DNA from: Copranaerobaculum intestinale
GTDB lineage: Bacteria; Bacillota_I; Bacilli_A; Erysipelotrichales; Erysipelotrichaceae
Direction of reading: 5' to 3'
DNA length: 32,000 bases
NCBI RefSeq assembly: GCF_009831105.1
Contig: NZ_WUUQ01000001.1
Coordinates: 810,001 to 842,000 of the forward strand
Notes under the pieces: generated by a model
The model's input: the letters and a program-made list of their open reading frames with translations, nothing else
Databases searched by the model: none
What the model was told of the DNA's origin: nothing
Made by a program: the position numbers and the translations under genes
In this document: in pieces, positions 1 to 8,794 of the stretch
Layout of the letters: each line of letters starts with the position of its first letter
How positions within the stretch are numbered: position 1 is the first letter of the stretch

Positions 1-96
1 ACGGAACGTTTTCAAAGGGGTGAAGAAATAACCTTTGGTTTTCAGCAAAGTCACATCATGTGTTTTGATCAGAACGGGAACCGGCTTTATCGATAA
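1..96 (+). CDS. 3' end (last 31 codons) of a gene entering from the left; tentatively the C terminus of a MalK/MsmK-type ABC ATPase
   Basis: Frame 1 is open from the window edge to TAA at 94-96 (TERFQRGEEITFGFQQSHIMCFDQNGNRLYR*). The ending resembles sugar-ABC ATPase tails, but the fragment is too short to be sure. Confidence 0.3.
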   Translation, partial: TERFQRGEEITFGFQQSHIMCFDQNGNRLYR

Positions 97-233
97 AACG
101 GCTTTTTCATTCCCTCATAAACAATGTTTCTGCTTTTGAATCACGATAAGGATGTATTAGCTTAGTCTGTATCATCAACAGTATTTTTGTAATAGAAATT
201 GCTTATATTCATAATGAAAATATGTCAGTATTC

Positions 234-267
234 AAAAAACGGCGATAGTTTATCTCGCCGCTTTTCT
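234..267. terminator. Bidirectional rho-independent terminator between two convergent genes
   Basis: Stem CGGCGA/TCGCCG (240-245 / 255-260), flanked by an A-run on the left and a T-rich run on the right. Confidence 0.6.
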
Positions 268-296
268 ATATTTATTGAGGTATATCTGCGCTCATG

Positions 297-1625
297 TTAC
301 TGATTTGATGATGAAATAATGTGTTCATCATTGCTTTCTAATCGCCAAATATATTTATCTTTTCGGAAAAGCAAACAAACGCATACACCTCCGATTCCGA
401 TCATAAAGAATAAGAAGGCAGCGCCGCTGCCCTTGCCAAGGCCAAACAGCTGGTGCAGAAAATGATCAGTAGGGAGAGATTTCATCAATGGTTCGACTAC
501 ATGATCGACCAAGAATCCACCGGTCAGATAACCGATCGGTATGGTGAAAAATTGCAGGGAATTGCGGATTGCGTAAACTCGTCCTTGAATCGTAATCGGG
601 ATTCTCGTACGAAACAGCACATCCATATTCGCGTTCATGATCGGTACGAATAACCAACCTAAAACCGCGCCCACGCACCATATCGGTACGCTTTTGCCAA
701 ATGCCAAAAAGAAATTTTCAGTGCTCATGGATACTAGCAGAGCATTGCAGATCACGCGTACCCGGCTTTTGGGAGACGGAAGCAGCGATATCAGAATACT
801 GCCGATTAAAGCAGCGAAACCGGCACACATATTGATAATGCCTAATGCGGCCGCATTCCCATGTATTTTCGAGAGCACCATGGCGGGCAGCACTGCATCA
901 TAAATGGATGCGATCAAATTGATCGAAGCCAGAAATAACATTAAATCAAGGATGCCGCGATGCTTTTTTAAATACTGCAGTCCGGCTTTGCTCGCCTGTA
1001 AAATTCCCTCTGCGGTTTCCTGATGATCCTTTGATACATCCGGTATCATAATAAAGTAATAAAGGGTCAAAAAGGCGAGCAGGAAGGTAAACAGATCGAA
1101 TGCAATTACCGCGTCCATGCCTAACAGTGTGAACAGAGCGGTGGCAAGCATTGGTGTCAGCACGGTAATCAGTGAGTTGGAGAAAGACCGCATACCGCTG
1201 ACTTTCTGATAATATGCTTTCGGTGTGAGAATGCTGATTGCCACATCTGAAGCCGGACCTTGTATGGTATCCATAAGTCCGTTGCAGGTATTTAGGATAT
1301 ACAGATGCCAAATTTCTAAATGACCGCTTTTCAGCAGGATAAAGATGAGAATGGTACATACTGCCGCAAAACTGTCACTGATCAGCATCGTAACGCGCTT
1401 ATTCCAACGGTCACTTAACGCTCCGGCAAAAATACTGCATAAGACATATGGCGCATAGGAACAAACCGTCAGAAGTGCTGTGCTCATCGCTGATCCGGTT
1501 TTCTGATACAGCCATATCACCAGGGCAAAATTTGTCATAGAACTGCCGAGCTGAGATAATGACTGAGTACTCCACAACAGCAGAAAGGCGTGAAGATCGT
1601 GATACATTATTTTATAGTTTTTCAT
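297..1625 (-). CDS. MFS transporter (DHA3/macrolide-efflux-like)
   Basis: 442-aa ORF that is hydrophobic throughout with about 12 predicted TM helices. The N-terminal FLLLWSTQSLSQLGSSMTNFAL...SDRWNKR pattern is typical of the MFS_3 family. Confidence 0.85.
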   Translation of the reverse strand: MKNYKIMYHDLHAFLLLWSTQSLSQLGSSMTNFALVIWLYQKTGSAMSTALLTVCSYAPYVLCSIFAGALSDRWNKRVTMLISDSFAAVCTILIFILLKSGHLEIWHLYILNTCNGLMDTIQGPASDVAISILTPKAYYQKVSGMRSFSNSLITVLTPMLATALFTLLGMDAVIAFDLFTFLLAFLTLYYFIMIPDVSKDHQETAEGILQASKAGLQYLKKHRGILDLMLFLASINLIASIYDAVLPAMVLSKIHGNAAALGIINMCAGFAALIGSILISLLPSPKSRVRVICNALLVSMSTENFFLAFGKSVPIWCVGAVLGWLFVPIMNANMDVLFRTRIPITIQGRVYAIRNSLQFFTIPIGYLTGGFLVDHVVEPLMKSLPTDHFLHQLFGLGKGSGAAFLFFMIGIGGVCVCLLFRKDKYIWRLESNDEHIISSSNQ

Positions 1626-1810
1626 AAGACTTTACTCCTTTAATGTTTGTTTAAACAATGAAATCGCAAAGTCTATCGGACGAATAAGAATTTCTCCATG
1701 CATGGATCGTCCAAATCTAGACTTTGCATGGAGTATAAGCAATGCATAACATAATAAAGAATTCCTCCTCAAATATATTTATTATGACATTGAAATCAAA
1801 ACCTGACAAT

Positions 1811-1834
1811 AAAAAAAGAACTGCTGAGCAGTTC
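1811..1834 (-). terminator. Terminator downstream of tRNA-Ala
   Basis: On the minus strand: GAACTGC-loop-GCAGTTC followed by T7. Confidence 0.6.
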
Positions 1835-1846
1835 CTGATAGATAAA

Positions 1847-1922
1847 TGGTGGAGCTTATCGGGATCGAACCGATGACCTCCTGCGTGCAAAGCAGGCGCT
1901 CTCCCAACTGAGCTAAAACCCC
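1847..1922 (-). tRNA. tRNA-Ala(UGC): tRNA-Ala (anticodon UGC), CCA encoded
   Basis: The reverse complement GGGGTTTTAGCTCAGTTGGGAGAGCGCCTGCTTTGCACGCAGGAGGTCATCGGTTCGATCCCGATAAGCTCCACCA folds as a cloverleaf with anticodon loop TTTGCAC. Confidence 0.93.
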
Positions 1923-2201
1923 ATGTATGTGAAATTCGATAGGAAACTATCGAATGCCTATTAAATATACCACTCATAAAGATTTTCGTCAATCCCCATA
2001 TGTGAATCTTTCTTATGATTTCTTTGGGGGGAGTCATAGAGATTATTTCATAATCTAGGGGGATTTGGACTTTTTTATGTACGCTGACTAAGCTTGCGTG
2101 ATTGCGGGATACTGCACGAACATCCTTACTTGCATTTTTGATGATCATAGGATATTAAAAAAGGCTCATCGTTGCCGATAAAACAGATAAAGATATGCGC
2201 G

Positions 2202-2230
2202 TTGTAAACTGTCCGCCGGTAGCGTATAAT
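2202..2230 (+). promoter_or_regulatory. Sigma-A-type promoter for ald
   Basis: TTGTAA (2202-2207), 17-nt spacer, TATAAT (2225-2230). Confidence 0.45.
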
Positions 2231-2252
2231 AAATAGAAAAGGAGTGAATAAC

Positions 2253-3359
2253 ATGATTATTGGGATTCCTAAGGAAATAAAAAATAATGAAAATCGTGTA
2301 GCTTTAACACCTGCCGGTACACTGGCGCTGACGCGTAGCGGACATACGGTGCTGGTAGAAACCATGGCGGGCGCTGGAAGCGGGTTTTCGGATAAAGAGT
2401 ATCAGGAAGCAGGAGCGGCGCTCACTAGCGGAAAGGAAGTCTTTGCGAAAGCGCAGCTGATCGTAAAAGTAAAGGAGTATTTAGAGCGTGAATATGTGTA
2501 TTTGCGTGAAGATCAAATGGTTTTCACATATCTGCATATCGCGAATAACGAGCCGTTTGCCAAGGCGCTGATTCAATCGAAAACAACCGCAATAGCATAT
2601 GAAACAGTCACCCAGCAAAATACATTGCCGCTGCTTACGCCGATGAGTGAAGTAGCCGGACGAATGGCAGTGCAGATCGGGGCCTGGATGCTGCAGAAAG
2701 CCAACGGCGGCGGAGGTATTCTATTAGGCGGAGTTCCCGGTGTAATGCCTGCGGATGTTGTGATAATCGGCGGCGGCATGGTTGGGCTGAATGCCGCGAA
2801 GATTGCCAGCGGATTAGGCGCTAACGTACAGGTTTTTGATATCAATGCACAGCGCATGGCGTATATTGATGATATCAGCAAAGGTACCATTCATACCATT
2901 TTCAATAATGAGTATAATTTGCGTCAGGCTTTGAAGAGTGCTGATTTGGTAATCGGTGCGGTATTGATTCCAGGCGGCAAAGCACCGAAGATTGTCACCA
3001 AAGACATGGTGCAGTCCATGAAGCCGGGAAGTGCAATCGTTGATGTAGCGATCGATCAGGGCGGATGTATTGAAACCAGCGATCATGTCACCACGCATGA
3101 TGATCCGATCTTTGAACGGTACGGAGTGCTGCATTATTCAGTAGCGAATATGCCGGGAGCGGTTCCGCGTACCAGCACGATCGCATTAAGCAATGCCACG
3201 CTACCTTATATTCAAAAGCTTGCTGATAAAGGACTGGAGGCCTTAAAACAGGATCCTGGCTTTTTGGCCGGATTGAATACGTATCGCGGTTTTTATACAT
3301 GCAAAGCCGTTGCGGATGCGTTAAACGGGGAATATAAGGACCCGCTGCGGCTGATCTGA
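2253..3359 (+). CDS. ald: Alanine dehydrogenase
   Basis: MIIGIPKEIKNNENRVALTPAG N terminus and Rossmann motif VVIIGGGMVGLNAA. I prefer the ATG at 2253 (AAAGGAG 8 nt upstream) over the track's GTG at 2244. Confidence 0.93.
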   Translation: MIIGIPKEIKNNENRVALTPAGTLALTRSGHTVLVETMAGAGSGFSDKEYQEAGAALTSGKEVFAKAQLIVKVKEYLEREYVYLREDQMVFTYLHIANNEPFAKALIQSKTTAIAYETVTQQNTLPLLTPMSEVAGRMAVQIGAWMLQKANGGGGILLGGVPGVMPADVVIIGGGMVGLNAAKIASGLGANVQVFDINAQRMAYIDDISKGTIHTIFNNEYNLRQALKSADLVIGAVLIPGGKAPKIVTKDMVQSMKPGSAIVDVAIDQGGCIETSDHVTTHDDPIFERYGVLHYSVANMPGAVPRTSTIALSNATLPYIQKLADKGLEALKQDPGFLAGLNTYRGFYTCKAVADALNGEYKDPLRLI

Positions 3360-3610
3360 TGAGCGAACTTCACAATTTAATGAATATCGGCAGCTACATT
3401 GAAGAAAAATTGTATGCGGCCGGTATCTATGATGAAAAGACGTTAAGAGAACTCGGATCGAAGGAAGCTTTTCTGAAAATTAGAACGATGGATGATACAG
3501 TATGTATCCGTGTGCTTTATGCTTTGGAAGGAGCACTTCAGGGAATTAAGGATTCTCAGCTGTCTGCTTCTGATAAAGCGGATTTAAAAGCGTTTTTCAA
3601 ATCTCTGTAA
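3359..3610 (+). CDS. TfoX C-terminal-domain family protein
   Basis: 83 aa. NIGSYIEEKLYAAGIYDEKTLRELGSKEAFLKIR matches the helix-hairpin-helix TfoX_C pattern. The start overlaps the ald stop (ATGA). Confidence 0.7.
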   Translation: MSELHNLMNIGSYIEEKLYAAGIYDEKTLRELGSKEAFLKIRTMDDTVCIRVLYALEGALQGIKDSQLSASDKADLKAFFKSL

Positions 3611-3619
3611 GAAATCAAG

Positions 3620-3652
3620 GCAATGAGACCAACCGGTAATCATTGCTTTTTT
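3620..3652 (+). terminator. Rho-independent terminator
   Basis: GCAATGA...TCATTGC stem followed by T6. Confidence 0.65.
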
Positions 3653-3708
3653 CATAGGAGAACAGGCTTCTTTGTGATATGATGATAGTGTTTTAAAGGA
3701 GTGTTTTT

Positions 3709-5496
3709 ATGTTACTTTCAGCTGAACATATTACGAAATATCAAAATGAAAAATGCATCCTTGAGGATGTTTCTTTTGCCATCGAAGAGCGAATGAAGCT
3801 GGGACTGATCGGAGTGAACGGAGTTGGAAAAACCACCCTGCTTAGAATTTTGGCGGGGGAAGAGCATTTGGATTCAGGAAGGATCATTCAGCAAAATGGG
3901 CTGCGGGTTCACTACCTGCCCCAGAATCCTCGTTTTCAGGAGGGTAAAACGATCTATCAGTGCGTTCTTGATGCAGTAAATGAAAAACAGCGGGAAGCCT
4001 GTACCTTTGAAATTCAGACAATACTTTCTAAGCTGGGCATGCGGGATTATGAACAAACCGTTGAAGTTCTGTCCGGGGGACAGCGTAAGCGCGTGGCGTT
4101 GGCCTGTGCACTGGTGAGCGAATGTGATCTGCTCATATTGGATGAGCCGACCAATCATCTGGATAATGACATGGTGGAATGGCTGGAGCACTATTTGATG
4201 AAATATCCTAAAGCATTGTTAATGGTGACGCATGACCGCTACTTCTTGGAGCGTATTACCGATCATCTCATGGAATTGGATCGGGGAAATCTGTATCTGT
4301 ATGACGGCAATTACGAGACATACCTTGAGATGAAGGAACAGCGCAGTCAAATGGAAGCTGTGCAGCTGAAGAAGCGTCAAAAGCTTTTGAAAAAAGAACT
4401 GGCGTGGATGCGAGCCGGCGTTCAGGCAAGAGGTACCAAAAGTCAGAGCCGGATCGATCGTTTTTATGAGCTTCGTACGCAATGCCGCGCTAAGCAGGAT
4501 GAAACCATGCAGTCAATAAATTCCATCACCTCACGGCTGGGGCGCAAAATCATGGAGATCACCGATTTACGCATGGGCTACGATAATAAGATTCTGTTTC
4601 ATGATGTTAATATTCGGGTAAAAAAACGGGATCGCATCGGTATCATCGGACCAAACGGCTGTGGGAAAACGACCCTGCTGAATGTTCTTTCTCATAATTT
4701 AGAACCGTTAAGCGGAGAAGTTGTTATCGGTGAAACTGTTAAGCTGGGATTCTTTCATCAAGGAGATGATCAGATGGATCTCTCAATGCGGGTCATTGAC
4801 TATATCCGTAATCAGGGAGATCAGATTCAAACAACGGATGGATCGCGTACTGCGGCTCAGCTGCTTGAACAATTTCTGTTTCCCAAGCAGCTTCAATACA
4901 CACAGATCAAAAGGTTGTCTGGGGGTGAACGGCGGCGGCTGTACTTGCTAAAGGTGCTGATTGCTTCACCGAACGTGCTGTTTTTGGATGAACCGACAAA
5001 TGATTTGGATATCCAGACCCTGACGATTTTAGAAGATTATCTCGATACATTCCCCGGGGTTATTATTACGGTATCGCATGACCGTTATTTTTTGGATCGA
5101 ATCTGTGATTCACTCTTTGTATTTCAAGCAGATGGTACATTGCGTGAATATGCCGGGGGATACAGCGATTATATTGCGCGGCAAGCGGCTGAGCCAGATT
5201 TGCAGACAGTGAATAAAAGTCGTGGCAAAAGCCGTGCGGAACGATCTTCGATTCCCTCCTTTACATCATCTGAACGACGTGAATTTGAATCAATTGACGA
5301 AGTGATTGCCGGATTAGAGGCTGCGATCGCGGATATCGACCATCAAATGGAATCACGGCAGGATCAATTTGATGAAATTGCGGTGCTTGCCGATCAACGG
5401 GAAAAGCTGACAAGAGATCTGGATCTGAAAACAGAGCGCTGGATGGAGCTTCAGGAAAAATATGATGCGATTCAGGCGGCGCGAAAGGGGAGATAA
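3709..5496 (+). CDS. ABC-F family ATPase (Uup-like; tandem ABC domains, no TM domain, C-terminal coiled coil)
   Basis: Two Walker A sites (GVNGVGKTT, GPNGCGKTT), two signature motifs (LSGGQRKR, LSGGERRR), a basic inter-domain linker and an acidic/basic coiled-coil tail. Confidence 0.9.
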   Translation: MLLSAEHITKYQNEKCILEDVSFAIEERMKLGLIGVNGVGKTTLLRILAGEEHLDSGRIIQQNGLRVHYLPQNPRFQEGKTIYQCVLDAVNEKQREACTFEIQTILSKLGMRDYEQTVEVLSGGQRKRVALACALVSECDLLILDEPTNHLDNDMVEWLEHYLMKYPKALLMVTHDRYFLERITDHLMELDRGNLYLYDGNYETYLEMKEQRSQMEAVQLKKRQKLLKKELAWMRAGVQARGTKSQSRIDRFYELRTQCRAKQDETMQSINSITSRLGRKIMEITDLRMGYDNKILFHDVNIRVKKRDRIGIIGPNGCGKTTLLNVLSHNLEPLSGEVVIGETVKLGFFHQGDDQMDLSMRVIDYIRNQGDQIQTTDGSRTAAQLLEQFLFPKQLQYTQIKRLSGGERRRLYLLKVLIASPNVLFLDEPTNDLDIQTLTILEDYLDTFPGVIITVSHDRYFLDRICDSLFVFQADGTLREYAGGYSDYIARQAAEPDLQTVNKSRGKSRAERSSIPSFTSSERREFESIDEVIAGLEAAIADIDHQMESRQDQFDEIAVLADQREKLTRDLDLKTERWMELQEKYDAIQAARKGR

Positions 5497-5498
5497 TT

Positions 5499-6167
5499 GT
5501 GGTACATATCGGAAATGATTGGGACGTTCTGCTGAAGGATGAATTTCAAAAGGATTATTATCAGCAGCTGCGTAAATTTTTAGTGGATGAGTATAATCGG
5601 GGGCCGGTCTATCCCAGCATGTATGACATCTTCAATGCTTTGAAATATACCAGCTATGCAGATGTGAAGGTAGTATTGCTGGGACAGGATCCTTATCATG
5701 GAAAAGGACAGGCACACGGACTTTGCTTTTCGGTGAAAAAGGGAATTACCCCGCCGCCGAGTCTTCAAAATATTTACAGGGAGCTGCATGATGATATCGG
5801 AATGCCGATACCATCGCATGGAGAGCTGACGGCATGGACCAAACAGGGTGTGCTGATGCTGAACACGGTACTGACAGTACGCGGCGGGATCGCCAATTCA
5901 CATCGGGGAAAAGGCTGGGAGATACTGACCGATCAGGTCATCCGTTTGTTGAATCAACGGGAAAAGCCGATTGTGTTCTTGCTTTGGGGTAAAAATGCCC
6001 GGGAGAAGGCTGCACTTATTACAAATCCTAATCATTTGATCCTGACATGTGCGCATCCCTCTCCCTACAGCGCTGATTATGGCTTTTTCGGATGCCGTCA
6101 TTTTTCAAAGACGAATGCTTTTTTAGAAGCACACAAAGAGCGTCCGATTGATTGGAATATTTACTGA
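5499..6167 (+). CDS. ung: Uracil-DNA glycosylase (family 1)
   Basis: Motifs GQDPYHG and HPSPYS. GTG start with AAGGGGAG upstream. Confidence 0.92.
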   Translation: MVHIGNDWDVLLKDEFQKDYYQQLRKFLVDEYNRGPVYPSMYDIFNALKYTSYADVKVVLLGQDPYHGKGQAHGLCFSVKKGITPPPSLQNIYRELHDDIGMPIPSHGELTAWTKQGVLMLNTVLTVRGGIANSHRGKGWEILTDQVIRLLNQREKPIVFLLWGKNAREKAALITNPNHLILTCAHPSPYSADYGFFGCRHFSKTNAFLEAHKERPIDWNIY

Positions 6168-6294
6168 ATTTGAGATAAAAAAAGCTTTTTACAGCGTATG
6201 CAACGCAAAGTTGACACTTATTTACACCGATGCAAATGCTGGTTGGTAGTGTGAATGCTGTTGTATCCCATACAATGTAGGCGAGGTGATCAAT

Positions 6295-6432
6295 ATGAAA
6301 TTTGAAGAAAACTTGAGAGAATTAAGAAAACAGAATGGTTTGTCTCAGGAGGAACTCGCTGAGAAATTGAATGTTTCCCGTCAAGCGGTAAGTAAATGGG
6401 AAAACGGAGTTTCCCAAACAAAAGGATATTAA
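6295..6432 (+). CDS. Short XRE-family HTH protein, probably 3'-truncated (45 aa)
   Basis: MKFEENLRELRKQNGLSQEELAEKLNVSRQAVSKWENG, then an abrupt VSQTKGY*. GAGGTG ribosome-binding site upstream. The ORF is below the ORF-track size cutoff. Confidence 0.5.
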   Translation: MKFEENLRELRKQNGLSQEELAEKLNVSRQAVSKWENGVSQTKGY

Positions 6433-6621
6433 GGAATAACCTGTGTTTACCTGCTTGCAGAATACTGGTGTATAAGAGAATGGCACTTGAAATATAGTGT
6501 CTTTTTCTATATCTAATAAATTTTCATTAGATAACTGAAAAAGAATGACTGTTCATTTCTAGCGTGATATAATTTATATTATAGAGAACGATAAATTGGA
6601 ATTTGAAAGGATGTTAAAAAT

Positions 6622-6990
6622 ATGGTAGATGAAGTGGTATTAGGGAATGTTATGGTTGATTGTGATGATGAAAGAAAATTGCAAAGATTCTATGGAGAAT
6701 TATTAGGTTGGGAAATGTGTGAACTATTTGCAAGACCGGCTGTCAGTAGTTCTTCGGGGATTGTTTTTTTGTTTATTGAGGAAAAAGATTATGTTCCTCC
6801 TGTATGGCCAGAAGATACAGGAAAACAACAAAAACAGATGCATTTTGATTTTCAGGTTGATAATGTTGCAGAAATGGTTAAGAAAGCGGAATCATTGGGA
6901 GCCAAGAAAGCGGAAAGTCAATTTGGAGGAAATGATTTTGTAACCATGTTTGATCCGGCAGGACATCCGTTTTGTTTATGCCGGAAGTGA
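6622..6990 (+). CDS. VOC (glyoxalase/bleomycin-resistance fold) family protein
   Basis: 122 aa; the pattern VMVDCDD...FYGELLGWE...HFDFQVDNV...DPAGHPFCL is typical of the VOC fold. Confidence 0.75.
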   Translation: MVDEVVLGNVMVDCDDERKLQRFYGELLGWEMCELFARPAVSSSSGIVFLFIEEKDYVPPVWPEDTGKQQKQMHFDFQVDNVAEMVKKAESLGAKKAESQFGGNDFVTMFDPAGHPFCLCRK

Positions 6991-7026
6991 CAATTCCAGT
7001 TTGACAATTTCATATCCATACACACA

Positions 7027-7057
7027 AAGCAGTTAGTCTTAGGATTGACTGCTTTTT
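7027..7057 (+). terminator. Rho-independent terminator
   Basis: AAGCAGTTAGTC...GACTGCTT stem followed by a T-run. Confidence 0.6.
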
Positions 7058-7278
7058 AGTGTTATTTTATTGTCATATCAAGGCTCATTCAATCGTGGTA
7101 AATTCGTGGTAAATTGAATAATTTTCTATACTTCAAATTGCTTGAAAGTATAGTGTTTATGCGGATAATCGAAAATTATATATAAAATTTCTAATAAATT
7201 ATTAAAGTTTTTCTTAATACGTATTTGGATTTATCACAAATACATCATTCTGTGATATATTTTACCTAGAGGTGGAAT

Positions 7279-8571
7279 ATGACGGCGAGAAGACTGAGGC
7301 AAAGACATTTAAACTCGAATCATCTATTAATCATGATTGGAATATTGATCATCATATTAATAATATGTATCGTGCTTTGTTTATGGATTACGAAAAGATT
7401 GAATTCTGATCCGTATGCAGAATTTAAAAAATATCATTCAGCGCAAAAATATGCCGGTAAACCGAAATCTTATTCAATCGATGAAAATAAGATATTTAAG
7501 CAGTTTTATTATCCTCGGTTTGATAGCACAGATTTTAATACAATTCTTGAAAAACAAATTCAACAGTTCAAAAATGAGACAAAGGATGAGGGAATCTATA
7601 CCTTAGATTACAAAAGCAATGAGTTATGGAATCAGTATGATCAGGTTCAGTTTACTTTACACCATTACAGTATGGAAAAGAAACTCTTAGAAACTAGGGT
7701 GATATCACTTTGCTTTGATCGAAAAAGCAAGCAGCTGGTGAAGCTGGAGGATATTCTGCGCTCTGATTATATGAGCGCTCTCACAGCCATTGTGCAGCAG
7801 AAAAAAATAACGGATATTGATTGGCAGGATTTTCAATTAACGCAATCCGGCATTACCTTTTATCGTAAGGGGAAGGAACTATTTACCTTTCCCTATACAG
7901 GAAATGAACGATTTATGAAGCTTCAAAATGGGCATGTGAAAGGACTTGCACCTAACGATCTGCCAAAGCGGCCGGAAAAGAAAAAAATCGATCCAAATAA
8001 ACCGATGATTGCTTTGACCTTTGATGATGGACCCAACCCTTTATCGACCCCGCGGATTTTGGATACCTTAAAGAAATATCATGCGACCGGAACTTTCTTT
8101 ATGCTTGGATCACGAGCCATCCAAAATCCCAATCTGATTCGCAGAATGGTAAGTGAAGGGCATGAACTGGGAAATCATTCCAATACCCACGCAAATATGC
8201 TTAAACTGACAGATCGTCAGATCAAGGATGAATTTTATGTGACACAGGATGCGATTTACGCGGCAAGCGGTGAAGAAGCAACGGTGTTTCGCCCGCCCTA
8301 TGGTGCATCTAATGAACATATCAGTCAAATCCTTAACCGCAGAAATATTTTATGGACGATAGACAGCTTAGACTGGAAATCACGAAATGCTGAAGCAATT
8401 AAGAAGGAGGTTTTACCGTTTGTGAAAGACGGTTCGATTATTCTGATGCACGGTATCTATGGAACAAGCGCAGACGCGTTGGCCCAGATGATGCCGGTTC
8501 TTGCGGAACAGGGTTATCAGTTTGTAAGTGTATCCGATCTGCTTCAATACCGGCCAAATTCACAAAAATGA
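7279..8571 (+). CDS. Membrane-anchored polysaccharide/peptidoglycan deacetylase (NodB domain)
   Basis: N-terminal TM helix (LLIMIGILIIILIICIVLCLWI). C-terminal NodB motifs ALTFDDGP, HELGNHSNTH and RPPYG. Confidence 0.85.
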   Translation: MTARRLRQRHLNSNHLLIMIGILIIILIICIVLCLWITKRLNSDPYAEFKKYHSAQKYAGKPKSYSIDENKIFKQFYYPRFDSTDFNTILEKQIQQFKNETKDEGIYTLDYKSNELWNQYDQVQFTLHHYSMEKKLLETRVISLCFDRKSKQLVKLEDILRSDYMSALTAIVQQKKITDIDWQDFQLTQSGITFYRKGKELFTFPYTGNERFMKLQNGHVKGLAPNDLPKRPEKKKIDPNKPMIALTFDDGPNPLSTPRILDTLKKYHATGTFFMLGSRAIQNPNLIRRMVSEGHELGNHSNTHANMLKLTDRQIKDEFYVTQDAIYAASGEEATVFRPPYGASNEHISQILNRRNILWTIDSLDWKSRNAEAIKKEVLPFVKDGSIILMHGIYGTSADALAQMMPVLAEQGYQFVSVSDLLQYRPNSQK

Positions 8572-8605
8572 TTTACAAATGCTATTTAATTTGTTATGAT
8601 ATGCG

Positions 8606-8700
8606 CAATAAGGGAGTAGTCGACGTTTGTTTATAGACGGAATCTTATCAACATCACGGACGGTATCGTTCTGGTAAGGTTATTATGACAAGACTTATGA
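8606..8700 (+). promoter_or_regulatory. Candidate yybP-ykoY (Mn2+) riboswitch aptamer
   Basis: 5' ATAAGGGAGTAGTCGACG, central ATCAACATCACGG and 3' GACAAGACTTAT resemble the conserved GGGGAGUAG / UUGACAUA / GCAAGAC blocks of this class. The P1 3' strand overlaps the 5' arm of the following terminator. Confidence 0.55.
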
Positions 8701-8733
8701 GAGTTTTTTACTTTTCATAAGTCTTGTTTTTTT
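8688..8733 (+). terminator. Intrinsic terminator (riboswitch expression platform and/or terminator of the deacetylase gene)
   Basis: 13-bp stem ACAAGACTTATGA / TCATAAGTCTTGT followed by T7. Confidence 0.75.
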
Positions 8734-8794
8734 ATTGAAAAAACGTTCAGACTAAAAGTGGAAACTCATACAGAAAGATGAGGTAGATAAACGA

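Noticed and set aside
453-1359. Track ORFs 453-653(+), 466-681(-), 637-903(+) and 946-1359(-).
   Set aside because: They lie inside or antisense to the MFS transporter gene, in other frames. Their composition is low-complexity or Arg/Ser-rich, and none has a ribosome-binding site. They are shadow ORFs.
1717-2365. Track ORFs 1717-2148(-) and 2126-2365(-).
   Set aside because: The first runs straight through tRNA-Ala. The second covers the ald promoter and start. Neither has a ribosome-binding site or a protein-like sequence.
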